The notes beneath the pieces are model-generated. The model saw nothing but the letters and a program-made list of their open reading frames with translations, ran no database searches and was not told the origin of the DNA. Positions 16,873 to 26,435 of a stretch of DNA of 38,269 nt are shown here, in pieces (position 1 is the stretch's first letter; the number at the start of each line of letters is the position of its first letter). A program made the position numbers and the translations under genes. Location: positions 1 through 38,269 of the forward strand of contig JAJYZD010000001.1 in assembly GCA_021800315.1 (NCBI GenBank). The letters run 5' to 3'. Source of the DNA: Bacillota bacterium (GTDB lineage Bacteria > Bacillota > Desulfotomaculia > Desulfotomaculales > JAJYZD01).

Positions 16873-17976
16873 ATGAAGCAAGTTTACGGGGATGAATGGC
16901 TTGCGGGTATTCGGGAGAAAATTCTGGCCGGGGAGCGGCTGGACCGGGCGGACGGCATCGGCCTGTTCGGTCACCCGGACCTGTTGGCCGTGGGCGAACT
17001 GGCCGCCCTGGTCAACGCCCGTAAAAACGGCGACCGGGTCCGTTTCATCGTCAACCGGCACGTCAACCCTACCAATGTCTGTGTGAACCTCTGTCCCCTG
17101 TGCGCTTTCGGGCGTCCGGCCGGGGCGGCGGACGCCTACACCATGAGCGCGGCCGAGGTGGACGCCAGGGTGGCCGGCGGCGGGGCGGGCATCACCGAGG
17201 TGCACATGGTGGCGGGCCTTAATCCCGCCCTGGGTCTGGACTATTACCTGGACCTGGTGGAGCGGGTGCGCCGCTTACGGCCGGGTGTCCTGCAGCAGTC
17301 CTTTACCGCCGTGGAAATCGACTTTCTGGCCGCCAGGGAAGGTTTGGGTATCGAAGAGGTGCTGCGGCGCTTCAAGCTGGCCGGCCTCACCTCCCTGCCG
17401 GGCGGGGGGGCCGAGGTGTTCAGTCCCCGGGTCCGGGCCCTCGTCTGCCCGAAGAAGATCAGCGGCGAGCGCTGGCTGGAGGTGCACGAGACGGCCCACC
17501 GCCTGGGTCTGCCCACCAACGCCACCATGCTCTACGGACATGTGGAAACCATCGGGGAACGGGTGGACCACCTGCTTGACTTACGCGCGTTACAGGACCG
17601 TACCGGCGGTTTCCTGGCCTTCATCCCCCTGGCCTTCCATCCCCGCAACACCGCCTTGGCGGGCCAAAACGGATTCCCCGGTCCCACCGGTGTGGACGAC
17701 TTGCGCATGCTGGCCGGGGCCCGGCTCATCCTGGACAACTTCGACCACGTCAAGGCCTTCTGGATCATGATCGGGCCCAAGCTGGCACAGGTTTCCCTGT
17801 CCTTCGGCGTGGACGACCTGGACGGCACGGTGGTGGAGGAACGCATCACCCACGCCGCCGGGGCCGGGACCGAGGAGGGCATCAGCCGGGCCGAACTGGA
17901 GCGACTGATCCGCGCCGCCGGCAAAATCCCGGTGGAGCGGGACACCCTGTACAACGCGGTGGGGGAGGCGGTTTAG
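16873..17976 (+). CDS. mqnE: Radical SAM aminofutalosine synthase-like protein
   Basis: It has the CxxxCxxC motif CVNLCPLCAF, NRHVNPTN, and FIPLAFHPRNT. The MqnE versus MqnC assignment is from remembered family signatures, so it is moderately certain. Confidence 0.75.
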   Translation: MKQVYGDEWLAGIREKILAGERLDRADGIGLFGHPDLLAVGELAALVNARKNGDRVRFIVNRHVNPTNVCVNLCPLCAFGRPAGAADAYTMSAAEVDARVAGGGAGITEVHMVAGLNPALGLDYYLDLVERVRRLRPGVLQQSFTAVEIDFLAAREGLGIEEVLRRFKLAGLTSLPGGGAEVFSPRVRALVCPKKISGERWLEVHETAHRLGLPTNATMLYGHVETIGERVDHLLDLRALQDRTGGFLAFIPLAFHPRNTALAGQNGFPGPTGVDDLRMLAGARLILDNFDHVKAFWIMIGPKLAQVSLSFGVDDLDGTVVEERITHAAGAGTEEGISRAELERLIRAAGKIPVERDTLYNAVGEAV

Positions 17977-18804
17977 GTGACCAGAATAAGGCTGGGACAG
18001 GTGGATTACATCAACTGTTTGCCCGTGTACCATTCCCTGGAGGAAGGCCCCCTGCCGCTGGACCTGGAACTGGTCAGGGGAACGCCTTCGGCCCTGAATA
18101 AGCTGTTTTTTGCCGGTCAGTTGGACTGCACGCCTCTTTCATCCATCGAGTATGCCCGCAACCGCGACCGCTGCGTCATCGTGCCCGGCCTGTGCATCGC
18201 CGCGGGCGGAAGGGTGGCCAGCATTCTCCTTTTCAGCCGCCTGCCGGTTACCGAACTGGAGGGTAAAACGGTGGCGCTGACCACGTCTTCGGCCACTTCG
18301 GTGGCGATGCTGCGCATTCTCCTCGAACACTATTTTCACGTGGACGTGCACTACGTGAGCGAGGCCCCGGAACTCGGAACCATGCTCTCCAGGGCTGAGG
18401 CGGCCCTCCTCATCGGGGATGACGCCCTCCGGGCCCACATCGGCGTCCGGACCTCCCCCGGGGGTGTCATCGTAACCGATCTGGGGGAGACGTGGAAGCA
18501 GTTCACCGGCGATCCGTTCGTGTACGCCCTTTGGGTGGTGCGCTCCGCTTTCGCCGTCGAACACCCGCGTCTGACCGGCCGGCTGGCGGCGTCACTCAAG
18601 GAGGCCCGGGAGACCGGAGCGGCCGACCTGGCGGTCGTGCGGGCCAAGGCCGTCAAGCGTACCGGGCTGCCGGACGACGTGGTCGAGGACTACTTCCGCA
18701 CCATCAAACTGGACTTCGATCCCGTCTACCGGCGGGCCCTGACCAACTTTTACGACTGGGCCTACAAGAGCGGTTTGACCGAAGAAAGGGTCCGGCTCGA
18801 TTAA
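17977..18804 (+). CDS. mqnA: Menaquinone biosynthesis protein MqnA/MqnD family (chorismate dehydratase-like)
   Basis: IRLGQVDYINCLPVYH is present, with periplasmic-binding-protein-like organisation. The GTG start abuts the mqnE stop. Confidence 0.8.
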   Translation: MTRIRLGQVDYINCLPVYHSLEEGPLPLDLELVRGTPSALNKLFFAGQLDCTPLSSIEYARNRDRCVIVPGLCIAAGGRVASILLFSRLPVTELEGKTVALTTSSATSVAMLRILLEHYFHVDVHYVSEAPELGTMLSRAEAALLIGDDALRAHIGVRTSPGGVIVTDLGETWKQFTGDPFVYALWVVRSAFAVEHPRLTGRLAASLKEARETGAADLAVVRAKAVKRTGLPDDVVEDYFRTIKLDFDPVYRRALTNFYDWAYKSGLTEERVRLD

Positions 18805-18868
18805 TTTAGCGATTCCCTGCCGGCGCCGGAACGGTGGTAGGAAATGCGACCGAAGGCACCATGACAAG

Positions 18869-18917
18869 CCCCCGGCTTAAACGGGGGTTGGGAAATCGGA
18901 CCTAAACCTGGCGGGTG
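18869..18917 (+). repeat. Hairpin repeat element, copy D (central hairpin missing)
   Basis: CCCCCGgcttaaaCGGGGGTTGGGAAATCGGACCTAAACCTGGCGGG matches the 5' hairpin and 3' tail of copy B and the tail of copy A, but lacks the TGCTAAGC..GGTAT core. Confidence 0.5.
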
Positions 18918-18928
18918 AAAACAACCCT

Positions 18929-20002
18929 ATGACGCACATAGACACCCTGCTGGCCGGGGCTGCGGCCGGGGAGAGGCTTACCCCGGACGAGGGAGTGGCC
19001 CTCCTTGCGGAAGCGGGCCTCCTTCAGCTTGGCCGGGCCGCCCACGCGGCCCGGATGCGGCTGCACCCGGAGAAGGCGGTCACCTACGTGGTGGACCGCA
19101 ACATCAATTACACCAACGTCTGCAAGGTCCGTTGCCGCTTTTGCGCTTTCTGCCGGCCGGAGAACCATCCCGAGGCCTACGTCCTGGCGACGGACGAACT
19201 CCTGGCCAAGGTCCGGGAAACCGTGGCGGCCGGCGGCACCGAGCTGTTGATCCAGGGAGGCCTTCATCCCGGCCTGGGGCTCGACTTTTACCTGGACATG
19301 CTGCGCGCGGTCAAGGAGCGCTGGAATATCCACATCCACTCCTTTTCCCCGCCGGAAATAGCCCACCTGGCCGACCTCGCCGGTGTGAGCGACCGGGAGG
19401 TGCTGGCGGCGCTTAAAGACGCCGGCCTGGACTCCCTGCCGGGGGGAGGGGCGGAAATCCTGGTTGACCGGGTGCGCGACCTGGTCAGCCCGGGCAAGAC
19501 CGGTACCGGCCGCTGGTTGTCCGTCATGCGCGACGCCCACGCCCTGGGTATGAAGGGCACCGCCACCATGATGTTCGGCCACCTGGAAACTCCGGCCGAG
19601 CGGGTGGAGCACATGCTGCGGATCAGGGAACTGCAGGACGCGACCGGCGGCTTTACGGCCTTCATTCCCTGGACCTTTCAGCCGGGCCACACGGTTTTGG
19701 GCGGGACGGGGGCCACGGCGCACGAGTATCTGCGTACGCTGGCCCTGGCCCGCCTCTTTCTGGACAACGTGCCCAACCTGCAGGTTTCCTGGGTGACCCA
19801 GGGCGCCCGGGTGGCACAGGTGGCTCTTTTCTTCGGAGCCAACGATTTCGGCAGCACGATGCTGGAAGAGAACGTGGTGCGCTCCGCCGGGGTAACCTAC
19901 CGGATGAGCATGGGGGAGATTCACCGGGTCATCGAGGCGGCCGGTTTCGTCTGGGCCAAGAGGGATACCGGCTACCGGATACTGGAACGGGAAGAAGGTT
20001 GA
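18929..20002 (+). CDS. mqnC: Radical SAM cyclic dehypoxanthinyl futalosine synthase-like protein
   Basis: DRNINYTNVCKVRCRFCAF and FIPWTFQPGHT are present. It is a paralog of the 16873 gene. Confidence 0.75.
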   Translation: MTHIDTLLAGAAAGERLTPDEGVALLAEAGLLQLGRAAHAARMRLHPEKAVTYVVDRNINYTNVCKVRCRFCAFCRPENHPEAYVLATDELLAKVRETVAAGGTELLIQGGLHPGLGLDFYLDMLRAVKERWNIHIHSFSPPEIAHLADLAGVSDREVLAALKDAGLDSLPGGGAEILVDRVRDLVSPGKTGTGRWLSVMRDAHALGMKGTATMMFGHLETPAERVEHMLRIRELQDATGGFTAFIPWTFQPGHTVLGGTGATAHEYLRTLALARLFLDNVPNLQVSWVTQGARVAQVALFFGANDFGSTMLEENVVRSAGVTYRMSMGEIHRVIEAAGFVWAKRDTGYRILEREEG

Positions 20003-20008
20003 TGGCGG

Positions 20009-21427
20009 GTGCGCGAGGATAGGCCCAACCCCCTGCGGGCGCTGCCGCCGGTGGACGAAGTGCTGCGTCGGGCCGCGCCGGATCTTGCCGCTTGTCCGCG
20101 GGTGCTGGCCCGGGAGGCCGCCCGGCGGGCGGTGGAGGAGATGCGCGGCCGGCTGGCGGCCGGGAGGGAGACGGGGGACAGGGAGGACCTGGCCGGGCGG
20201 GCCGTGCGGCTGACCCTGGAATACGCGGCCGGCCTTTCCCGTCCCCACTTAAGGCGGGTGATCAACGCCACCGGGGTCGTCCTGCATACCAACCTGGGCC
20301 GGTCCCCCCTGGCCGAAGAAGCCCTGGCGGCGGTCACGCGGGTGGCCGGGGGGTACGCCAACCTGGAACTGGATCTGGGCACCGGACGGCGGGGCTCCCG
20401 CTACCAGGCTGTGGAAGGTATCCTGACCAGGCTGACCGGGGCCCAGTCGGCCCTGGTTGTGAACAACAACGCGGCGGCGGTGCTGCTGGCGCTGGGTACC
20501 CTGGCCGCCGGCCGGGAGGTCGTCGTGTCGCGGGGGCAGTTGGTGGAAATCGGCGGTTCCTTCCGCATTCCGGACGTCATGGCGGCCAGCGGGGCCGTCC
20601 TGGTCGAGGCGGGCACCACCAACAAGACCTACCGGGCCGACTACGAGCGGGCCTGCGGGGAGCGCACGGCCCTACTCCTGCAAGTGCACACCAGCAACTA
20701 CCGGGTGGTCGGGTTCGTGCACGAGACCACCACCCTCGAACTGGTGGAACTGGGACGCGAGCGGGGCCTGCCGGTGATGTGCGACCTGGGCAGCGGCTGC
20801 CTGGCCGACCTGGCCGCTTATCAATTGCCCGGTGAACCCACCGTGTCCGAGGTGGTGGCCGCTGGCGCGGACGTGGTCACCTTTTCCGGCGACAAGCTGC
20901 TGGGGGGGCCCCAGGCCGGCATCATCGTGGGCCGGCGGGACCTGCTGGAACGGATGAAAAAGAACCCCCTGACCCGCGCCCTGCGCATCGACAAAATGAC
21001 GGCGGCCGCCCTCGAGGCCACCCTGAGGGTCTACCTGGATCCGGAGCGGGCGCTCGCCGCGATTCCCGTGTTACGCATGCTGACCATGGACCGGGAGACC
21101 TTGCGCGGGCTTGCCGGCGGGTTGGCCGCCGCCATAAGCCGCCGGACCGGCCCGGGGCGGGTGGCACTGGTGGAAGGGATCTCCCGGGTGGGGGGCGGAG
21201 CCCTGCCCCTGGCGGAACTGCCCGCCGTGCTGGTGGAGTTGACGCCGCCCGGGGTAGGCGCCGCCGAGATGCAGCGGAGGCTCAGGGAAGGGCCGGTGCC
21301 GGTGATGGTCCGCGTGCAGGAGGACAGGGTGCTGTTCGACCCGCGGACCCTTTTGCCCGGGGACGGGGAACTGCTGGCCGAACAGGTGGCCCAGGCGATT
21401 GGGGGTGACGGGATTTGCGTTCCCTGA
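20009..21427 (+). CDS. selA: L-seryl-tRNA(Sec) selenium transferase
   Basis: NNNAAAV and the PLP-lysine context FSGDKLLGGPQAG are present. Typical length of 472 aa. Confidence 0.93.
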   Translation: MREDRPNPLRALPPVDEVLRRAAPDLAACPRVLAREAARRAVEEMRGRLAAGRETGDREDLAGRAVRLTLEYAAGLSRPHLRRVINATGVVLHTNLGRSPLAEEALAAVTRVAGGYANLELDLGTGRRGSRYQAVEGILTRLTGAQSALVVNNNAAAVLLALGTLAAGREVVVSRGQLVEIGGSFRIPDVMAASGAVLVEAGTTNKTYRADYERACGERTALLLQVHTSNYRVVGFVHETTTLELVELGRERGLPVMCDLGSGCLADLAAYQLPGEPTVSEVVAAGADVVTFSGDKLLGGPQAGIIVGRRDLLERMKKNPLTRALRIDKMTAAALEATLRVYLDPERALAAIPVLRMLTMDRETLRGLAGGLAAAISRRTGPGRVALVEGISRVGGGALPLAELPAVLVELTPPGVGAAEMQRRLREGPVPVMVRVQEDRVLFDPRTLLPGDGELLAEQVAQAIGGDGICVP

Positions 21428-23313
21428 TCATCGGCACGGCCGGCCACGTGGACCACGGCAAAACGGCCCTGATCCGGGCGCTGACCGGTGTGGACACCGA
21501 CCGTCTGAAGGAAGAGAAGGAGCGGGGCATCTCCATCGAACTGGGCTTCGCCTCCCTAAGCCTGCCGTCCCTTGGTACGGCAGGCATCGTGGATGTGCCC
21601 GGCCACGAGCGGTTTATCCGCCAGATGCTGGCCGGTGTGGGCGGCATCGACCTGGTGCTGCTGGTGGTGGCGGCCGACGAGGGCGTCATGCCCCAGACCC
21701 GCGAACACATGGACATCGTGGGCCTCCTGCAGATTACCCGCGGCGTGGTGGCGCTCACCAAGGTAGACCTGGTGGACGACGAGTGGCTGGACCTGGTGCG
21801 GGAAGAGGTCGGCGAATACCTCCAGACCACCACCCTGGCCGGCGCCCCGGTGGTGCCGGTTTCGAGCATCACCGGCCGGGGGCTGGACGAACTCCTGGCC
21901 GGGATGGACCGGGTCGCCCTTACCGTGCCGGAGCATCCGGCCTCGGGGGCGCCCCGGCTGCCGGTGGACCGGGTTTTCTCCGTCACCGGGTTCGGCACGG
22001 TGGTGACCGGTACTCTGGTTGCGGGACGTTTGTCCGTGGGCGACGCGGTGGAGATACTGCCGGAGGGCCTTTCAAGCAAGGTTCGTTCCATGCAGGTACA
22101 TAACAAAAAGGTGGATGCGGCCTTCGCCGGCCAGCGGGTGGCCGTCAACCTGACCGGCCTGGAAGTGGACGATATCGCCCGGGGCAGCCTTCTGGCATCC
22201 CCCGGCCACCTCACGCCCGCCCACCGCCTCGACGTTCACCTGCAACTGCTGGCCAAGGCCGCCCATCCCCTGAAGAACAGGACCAGGGTGCGGGTCCACC
22301 TGGGCACGGCCGAACTCCTGGGCCGGGTCCGCCTCCTTGATCGGGAGGAATTCAAACCGGGGGAAGAAGGCTACGTGCAACTGGAGTTGGAGGGCAAGGT
22401 CGCGGCGGCCCGGGGGGACCGGTTCGTGGTGCGCTCCTATTCGCCCATGCACACCATCGGCGGCGGTACGGTCGTCGAGAACGGTACGCCCCGCTACCGG
22501 CGCTTCAGGCCCGAGGTCATGGAGCAGATCGCCACCCGGGAGCACGGAACTCCGGCCGAGTTGGTGGCCCAGCACCTGGCCGGCTTGAAGGTGCCGGCGG
22601 GAGCGGGGGACATAGCCGGGGACTGCGGGCTCTCAGCCGAAGTGACCGGGGAAACCCTGGCCTTCCTTGCGGCCGGCGACCGGGCGGTGGCCATGGAAGG
22701 GCTTTACCTGGACCAGGCCCGCTTTGCGGCCCTGGTCGAGACCATGACCGTAAAGCTTTCCGCCTACCAGGCGGACTACCCTTTGCGCGAGGGCATGCCC
22801 CGGGAGGAACTGCGCTCCCGCGTTTTCACGGGCTGGCCCGCCAAGCCGTTCGCCGCCGTGCTGGAGGAGGCGGCCCGGCGCGGGGCGGTGGTTTTGAGCG
22901 CCAAGGCGGCGCACCTGCCGGGCTTCGTACCCGGCACCGCCATGCGGGAGACCGGGGAACGGGCCGCCGGCCTGGTCAGGGAGGGCGGGTTTTTGCCGCC
23001 CGGCTGGGAGGCGGTGCTAAAGGAATTGAACCTGGCGCCCGAACCGGGCTCCGAACTCCTCCAGCTTTTGCTGCGCGAGGGACTGCTGGTCAAGATAGCC
23101 GACGATGCTTACTGGCACCGGGAGACCCTTGGCGAGGCCAGGGACCTGGTGACCGGTCACCTGCGGGAAAAGGGGGAGATCACCGTGGGCGCCCTGCGCG
23201 ACCTGCTGGGCACCTCCCGGCGCTTTGCCCTGCCTTTGCTGGAATACTTCGACCGGGAGCGCCTGACCCGGCGCGTGGGCGACGTCCGGGTGCCCGGGCG
23301 CGCCCTGGGCTAG
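21415..23313 (+). CDS. selB: Selenocysteine-specific translation elongation factor
   Basis: The G domain shows GHVDHGKT, DVPGHERF and TKVD. A long winged-helix C-terminal extension is present. The TTG start overlaps the selA end. Confidence 0.95.
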   Translation: MRSLIIGTAGHVDHGKTALIRALTGVDTDRLKEEKERGISIELGFASLSLPSLGTAGIVDVPGHERFIRQMLAGVGGIDLVLLVVAADEGVMPQTREHMDIVGLLQITRGVVALTKVDLVDDEWLDLVREEVGEYLQTTTLAGAPVVPVSSITGRGLDELLAGMDRVALTVPEHPASGAPRLPVDRVFSVTGFGTVVTGTLVAGRLSVGDAVEILPEGLSSKVRSMQVHNKKVDAAFAGQRVAVNLTGLEVDDIARGSLLASPGHLTPAHRLDVHLQLLAKAAHPLKNRTRVRVHLGTAELLGRVRLLDREEFKPGEEGYVQLELEGKVAAARGDRFVVRSYSPMHTIGGGTVVENGTPRYRRFRPEVMEQIATREHGTPAELVAQHLAGLKVPAGAGDIAGDCGLSAEVTGETLAFLAAGDRAVAMEGLYLDQARFAALVETMTVKLSAYQADYPLREGMPREELRSRVFTGWPAKPFAAVLEEAARRGAVVLSAKAAHLPGFVPGTAMRETGERAAGLVREGGFLPPGWEAVLKELNLAPEPGSELLQLLLREGLLVKIADDAYWHRETLGEARDLVTGHLREKGEITVGALRDLLGTSRRFALPLLEYFDRERLTRRVGDVRVPGRALG

Positions 23314-23735
23314 GGCCACAGCCACAATCCGGTCACCGGATCCCTTTGCCGCACCGGAGCCGGGGCGTGGTTCCACTCGGAGACGGCGAACTCGCAGGCG
23401 AAGACCGTGCAGCCGTTGACCAGGTGCCCGCCGAAAGCGCGGCCGGTCCGGTCGGCCAGGACCACGTGGGCGTGGACGAAGGGCCGCCCGTCCTTCAGGG
23501 AGACGTTGCCGGCCAGGGTCAGGAGTTCCACTTCGTCATCGAAGGCGACCTCGTGATAGACCTGCTCCTTCTGGTCGTAGAAGGCCACGACGGCCCGCGA
23601 CAGCGCGCCCAGGGCCCGCACCCCGCCGTGCTGAATGTGGTTTTGTTCGCAGAACCCGGTAAGGGACGCCAGAAGGTCCGATCCGTGGGGCAGCCTGCCC
23701 GTGAACCGGCGCTCGTCCGGTTGATCCGTAGCCAA
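23310..23735 (-). CDS. PPC (DUF296) domain DNA-binding protein
   Basis: The pattern G.L.SL..F......I..G.V...G....V.. followed by HAHVVLAD..G...GGHL is typical of PPC/DUF296. Its stop overlaps the selB stop (CTAG). Confidence 0.75.
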   Translation of the reverse strand: MATDQPDERRFTGRLPHGSDLLASLTGFCEQNHIQHGGVRALGALSRAVVAFYDQKEQVYHEVAFDDEVELLTLAGNVSLKDGRPFVHAHVVLADRTGRAFGGHLVNGCTVFACEFAVSEWNHAPAPVRQRDPVTGLWLWP

Positions 23736-23793
23736 AAGCGTTCACTCCGTTTATACTGAATTCCGACGCGTCTTTACCTGGCGGGACCGGTTG

Positions 23794-24609
23794 TCAACCG
23801 GTCCCGTCCGCTAAAGAATGCCTTGCCATTATCTTCTCCACCATGGCGACGATTCCTGCGAAAATGCCGAAAACCCCCTTGATGCCCAGGTTGTCGGCGG
23901 CGGTAAGGTCGAAAAAGACGTTCAGGCGCACCGCGCCGTTTTCCAGGCGGCTGTATGAAATCAAAACGGGAACCTTCGGCAGCGGGTGCAGGACGACGGA
24001 TAGGTCGCACGCCGCGATACCGGACGGCCGGCCGCCGAAAACAAGCAACAGGCATTCCAGGAGTTCGGGGTCCATGGCAGCGAGTTCGTGCAGACTCTTT
24101 TCGCATCTCTGTTCGAAAAGCGGGTTCCACGTATCCCCGCCTTCCAGTTCCCGGAAAGGAACCCACTCGCCCAGGGGGTCGCGGCCCGGGCTTTCCAGGA
24201 CATAGTTGACGAGAGGCATAATGACCCAGGGGTTGATGTGGCACTCGGACGTGATTCGGCCATCGTAATGGATGAAGTAGGGCTTGCCCAGGCACTTTAT
24301 GGTCATCCCGCCGGCCTTGAGAGTGGCGCCCAGCCTTGGGGCGGCCAGGGAAAAGTCTACCGTACCGATTTCCCCGCCGAACCTGGCCAGGCATGCCGCC
24401 AGTTGCTGCTCCGCGGAGACGCCCGGCTTTTCGACTTTTACCTCCAGCTGTTTGGTTAGGCCCAAGTCCAGGCCGGGGCAGTCCGCCGGGCGCTTTTCAC
24501 CTTTTATCACCGCGGCGGCGAAGGCCAGGCAGGACGGCAGCCGGCACTCCCGGCAGTTTGACCTGGGGAGCAGCCGGTAAAGGTCCAGGGGGTTTTTGAT
24601 GGTGGGCAC
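23794..24609 (-). CDS. Putative Fe-S cluster domain plus DUF3786 protein
   Basis: The N-terminal LPRSNCRECRLPSCLAFAAAV..G......CP matches the small Fe-S domain of corrinoid/ACS-type proteins. The remainder resembles DUF3786. Confidence 0.7.
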   Translation of the reverse strand: MPTIKNPLDLYRLLPRSNCRECRLPSCLAFAAAVIKGEKRPADCPGLDLGLTKQLEVKVEKPGVSAEQQLAACLARFGGEIGTVDFSLAAPRLGATLKAGGMTIKCLGKPYFIHYDGRITSECHINPWVIMPLVNYVLESPGRDPLGEWVPFRELEGGDTWNPLFEQRCEKSLHELAAMDPELLECLLLVFGGRPSGIAACDLSVVLHPLPKVPVLISYSRLENGAVRLNVFFDLTAADNLGIKGVFGIFAGIVAMVEKIMARHSLADGTG

Positions 24610-24639
24610 CGGGACATTACTCCTCTCCCGAACGAAAAA

Positions 24640-25095
24640 TCAATCCGATTCCAGGCCGGCCTTCAGTTTTCCCAGCAGTTCTGTAAGGATTTCCTTTTCC
24701 TGGTTGCTGGGGGCCGACATCACCTTGCCGATAAAGGCGGTGTGAATGGGCAGAAAGTACTCCATAAGCCAGCGGGCCTTGTCCGTGAGATAGACCCGGA
24801 GCACCCTCCGGTCGGACGGGTCGTCTTCGCGAAACACCAGGTCGTCTTTCTCCAACCGCTCGATGAGGCCGGTGACGTTGGCACTGGATACCAGCACCTT
24901 CGTACTCAGCTCTGCTTGAATCAAACCGCCGCCAGCCAGGTAAAGCTGGACCAGGGCGTTGAACTTGGGCCAGGACAGACCGTACCGGGCAAAATGTACG
25001 GCGAAGGCGTCCTCCAGGGCGTCCCAGGTCTGGGTCATCTCCATGAGAGACCTGGTGGCGAGGTAGCGGTTGACCGGGTCACCATTCTCCGCCAA
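24640..25095 (-). CDS. MarR-family transcriptional regulator
   Basis: A winged-HTH core is present (QAELSTKVLVSSANVTGLIERLEKDDLVFREDDPSDRRVLRVYLTDKA). Confidence 0.9.
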   Translation of the reverse strand: MAENGDPVNRYLATRSLMEMTQTWDALEDAFAVHFARYGLSWPKFNALVQLYLAGGGLIQAELSTKVLVSSANVTGLIERLEKDDLVFREDDPSDRRVLRVYLTDKARWLMEYFLPIHTAFIGKVMSAPSNQEKEILTELLGKLKAGLESD

Positions 25096-25118
25096 TCCGT
25101 ACCGCCTCCCGTCGATAT

Positions 25119-25134
25119 CGTTAATATATTAACG
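25119..25134. promoter_or_regulatory. Perfect 16-bp palindrome, candidate MarR operator
   Basis: CGTTAATATATTAACG lies 24 nt upstream of the marR start codon. Confidence 0.45.
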
Positions 25135-25249
25135 TTATTGTAAATATTTTTTCGTTAGGAATTTTCTTTTTTCTGTCTTCCATATATGTAATAATAATAC
25201 ATCTGCCATCTAAAAGAAGGATGTCGGCTGTAGATAGAATCAGTAGCAG

Positions 25250-26435
25250 ATGAGTGATCATGAAAGATTTACCAAGGAAATGTTCAAGCAAATAATTCGG
25301 GACCACTGGCCCGATTTTGTTAAGCGGTATCCCCGCTACCAGGCAGTTTCTTACGTTATCGAGAAGATGCTTGGTTGCGGAGATCCGGCTAACGGGTATG
25401 CGGAGCATATGTGCCCGGATTGTTTGCAGTCACATAAGGTGCCTATCAGTTGCAAGACGAAATTCTGTTTGTCTTGTGCCAGGGCTCATTTGGAGCAATG
25501 GGTCAGTGAGATAGAGGCTAGACTTTTTGAGGGCGTAGATTATCGCCATTTTGTCTTAACCGTGCCAGAGCAGCTACGTATCTCCTTTTATAAGGAGCAA
25601 AAACTGCTCGACAAACTAATTAAGACAGGGTTAGTAATGATTAAGGATGTGTTGGACACATATTTTCGGGATTCTATAGGAGCGGGATATATTGTTGTGT
25701 TGCAGACTGGGGGTAGATCAGGTAGTTATAATCCCCATCTCCATATTATGATGACGTCTGGTGGCTTAAATAGTAATAACGAATGGGTTGATATAAAATA
25801 CCTTCCTTTGAGCCTACTCCACAAAAAGTGGCAGTATCATCTATTTGAGATGATTAAGAGGTAAGTCGAACGGGCTAAGGGCCTCATTGATAAACTATAT
25901 CGCCAGTACCCCAAGGGGATTGTTGCCCATCTTGAGATGGGGGTAGTGCCCAAGAAAAACCAGCTGGCAAACTATTTGGTCAAATATGTGGAAAGTCCGC
26001 CGATTGCCATGTCAAGGATCATCAGATATGACGGAGATAAGGTAACGTACTGGTATAAGGATCATAGGAGCAATCAAAGAGAAGTAATCGAAATCTCGGT
26101 ATTCGATTTTATTGGTCGAATGGTTCAGCATATCTTGCCTTGGGGCTTTAAGCAAGTGAGGTATTATGGTTTGCATGCCACTTGCAAAGCATCCAAAGTC
26201 AGGGAAATCTTGAAGGGAGCATTGGCTAAGCTGGTGTTCCGGAAAGGTTGAAGAAGTAGTACGCGAAATAAAGCGATACAGCTATCGTCAAGGCGTAATG
26301 AAGATTACCGGTAAGGATCCCTTGCGTTGCAAGATATGTGGACGTGAAATGCGCTTGTCTCTGATTTTTCACCCAAAGTACGGAATTCTTTGCGAGAGAT
26401 CAAGGAAGTTGGTGGTTGGAACACATGGACCGTAA
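25250..26435 (+). mobile_element. IS91-family (HUH Y2, rolling-circle) transposase gene, disrupted
   Basis: An N-terminal Zn-binding domain (CPDC..CKTKFCLSC), the HUH motif NPHLHIMM, RYYGLHA and a C-terminal CKICG are present. An in-frame TAA lies at 25865-25867, and a +1 frameshift near 26240-26255 is needed to join the three pieces. Confidence 0.85.

Noticed and set aside
23310-23313. A four-base overlap (CTAG) of the convergent selB and PPC-domain gene stops.
   Set aside because: This is real but trivial. Convergent stop overlap within a palindromic CTAG needs no special explanation.
20003-23320. tRNA-Sec (selC) was expected near selA/selB.
   Set aside because: The flanking spacers are 6 nt and an overlap. 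No sequence with a long acceptor stem and a UCA anticodon loop was found in the window.
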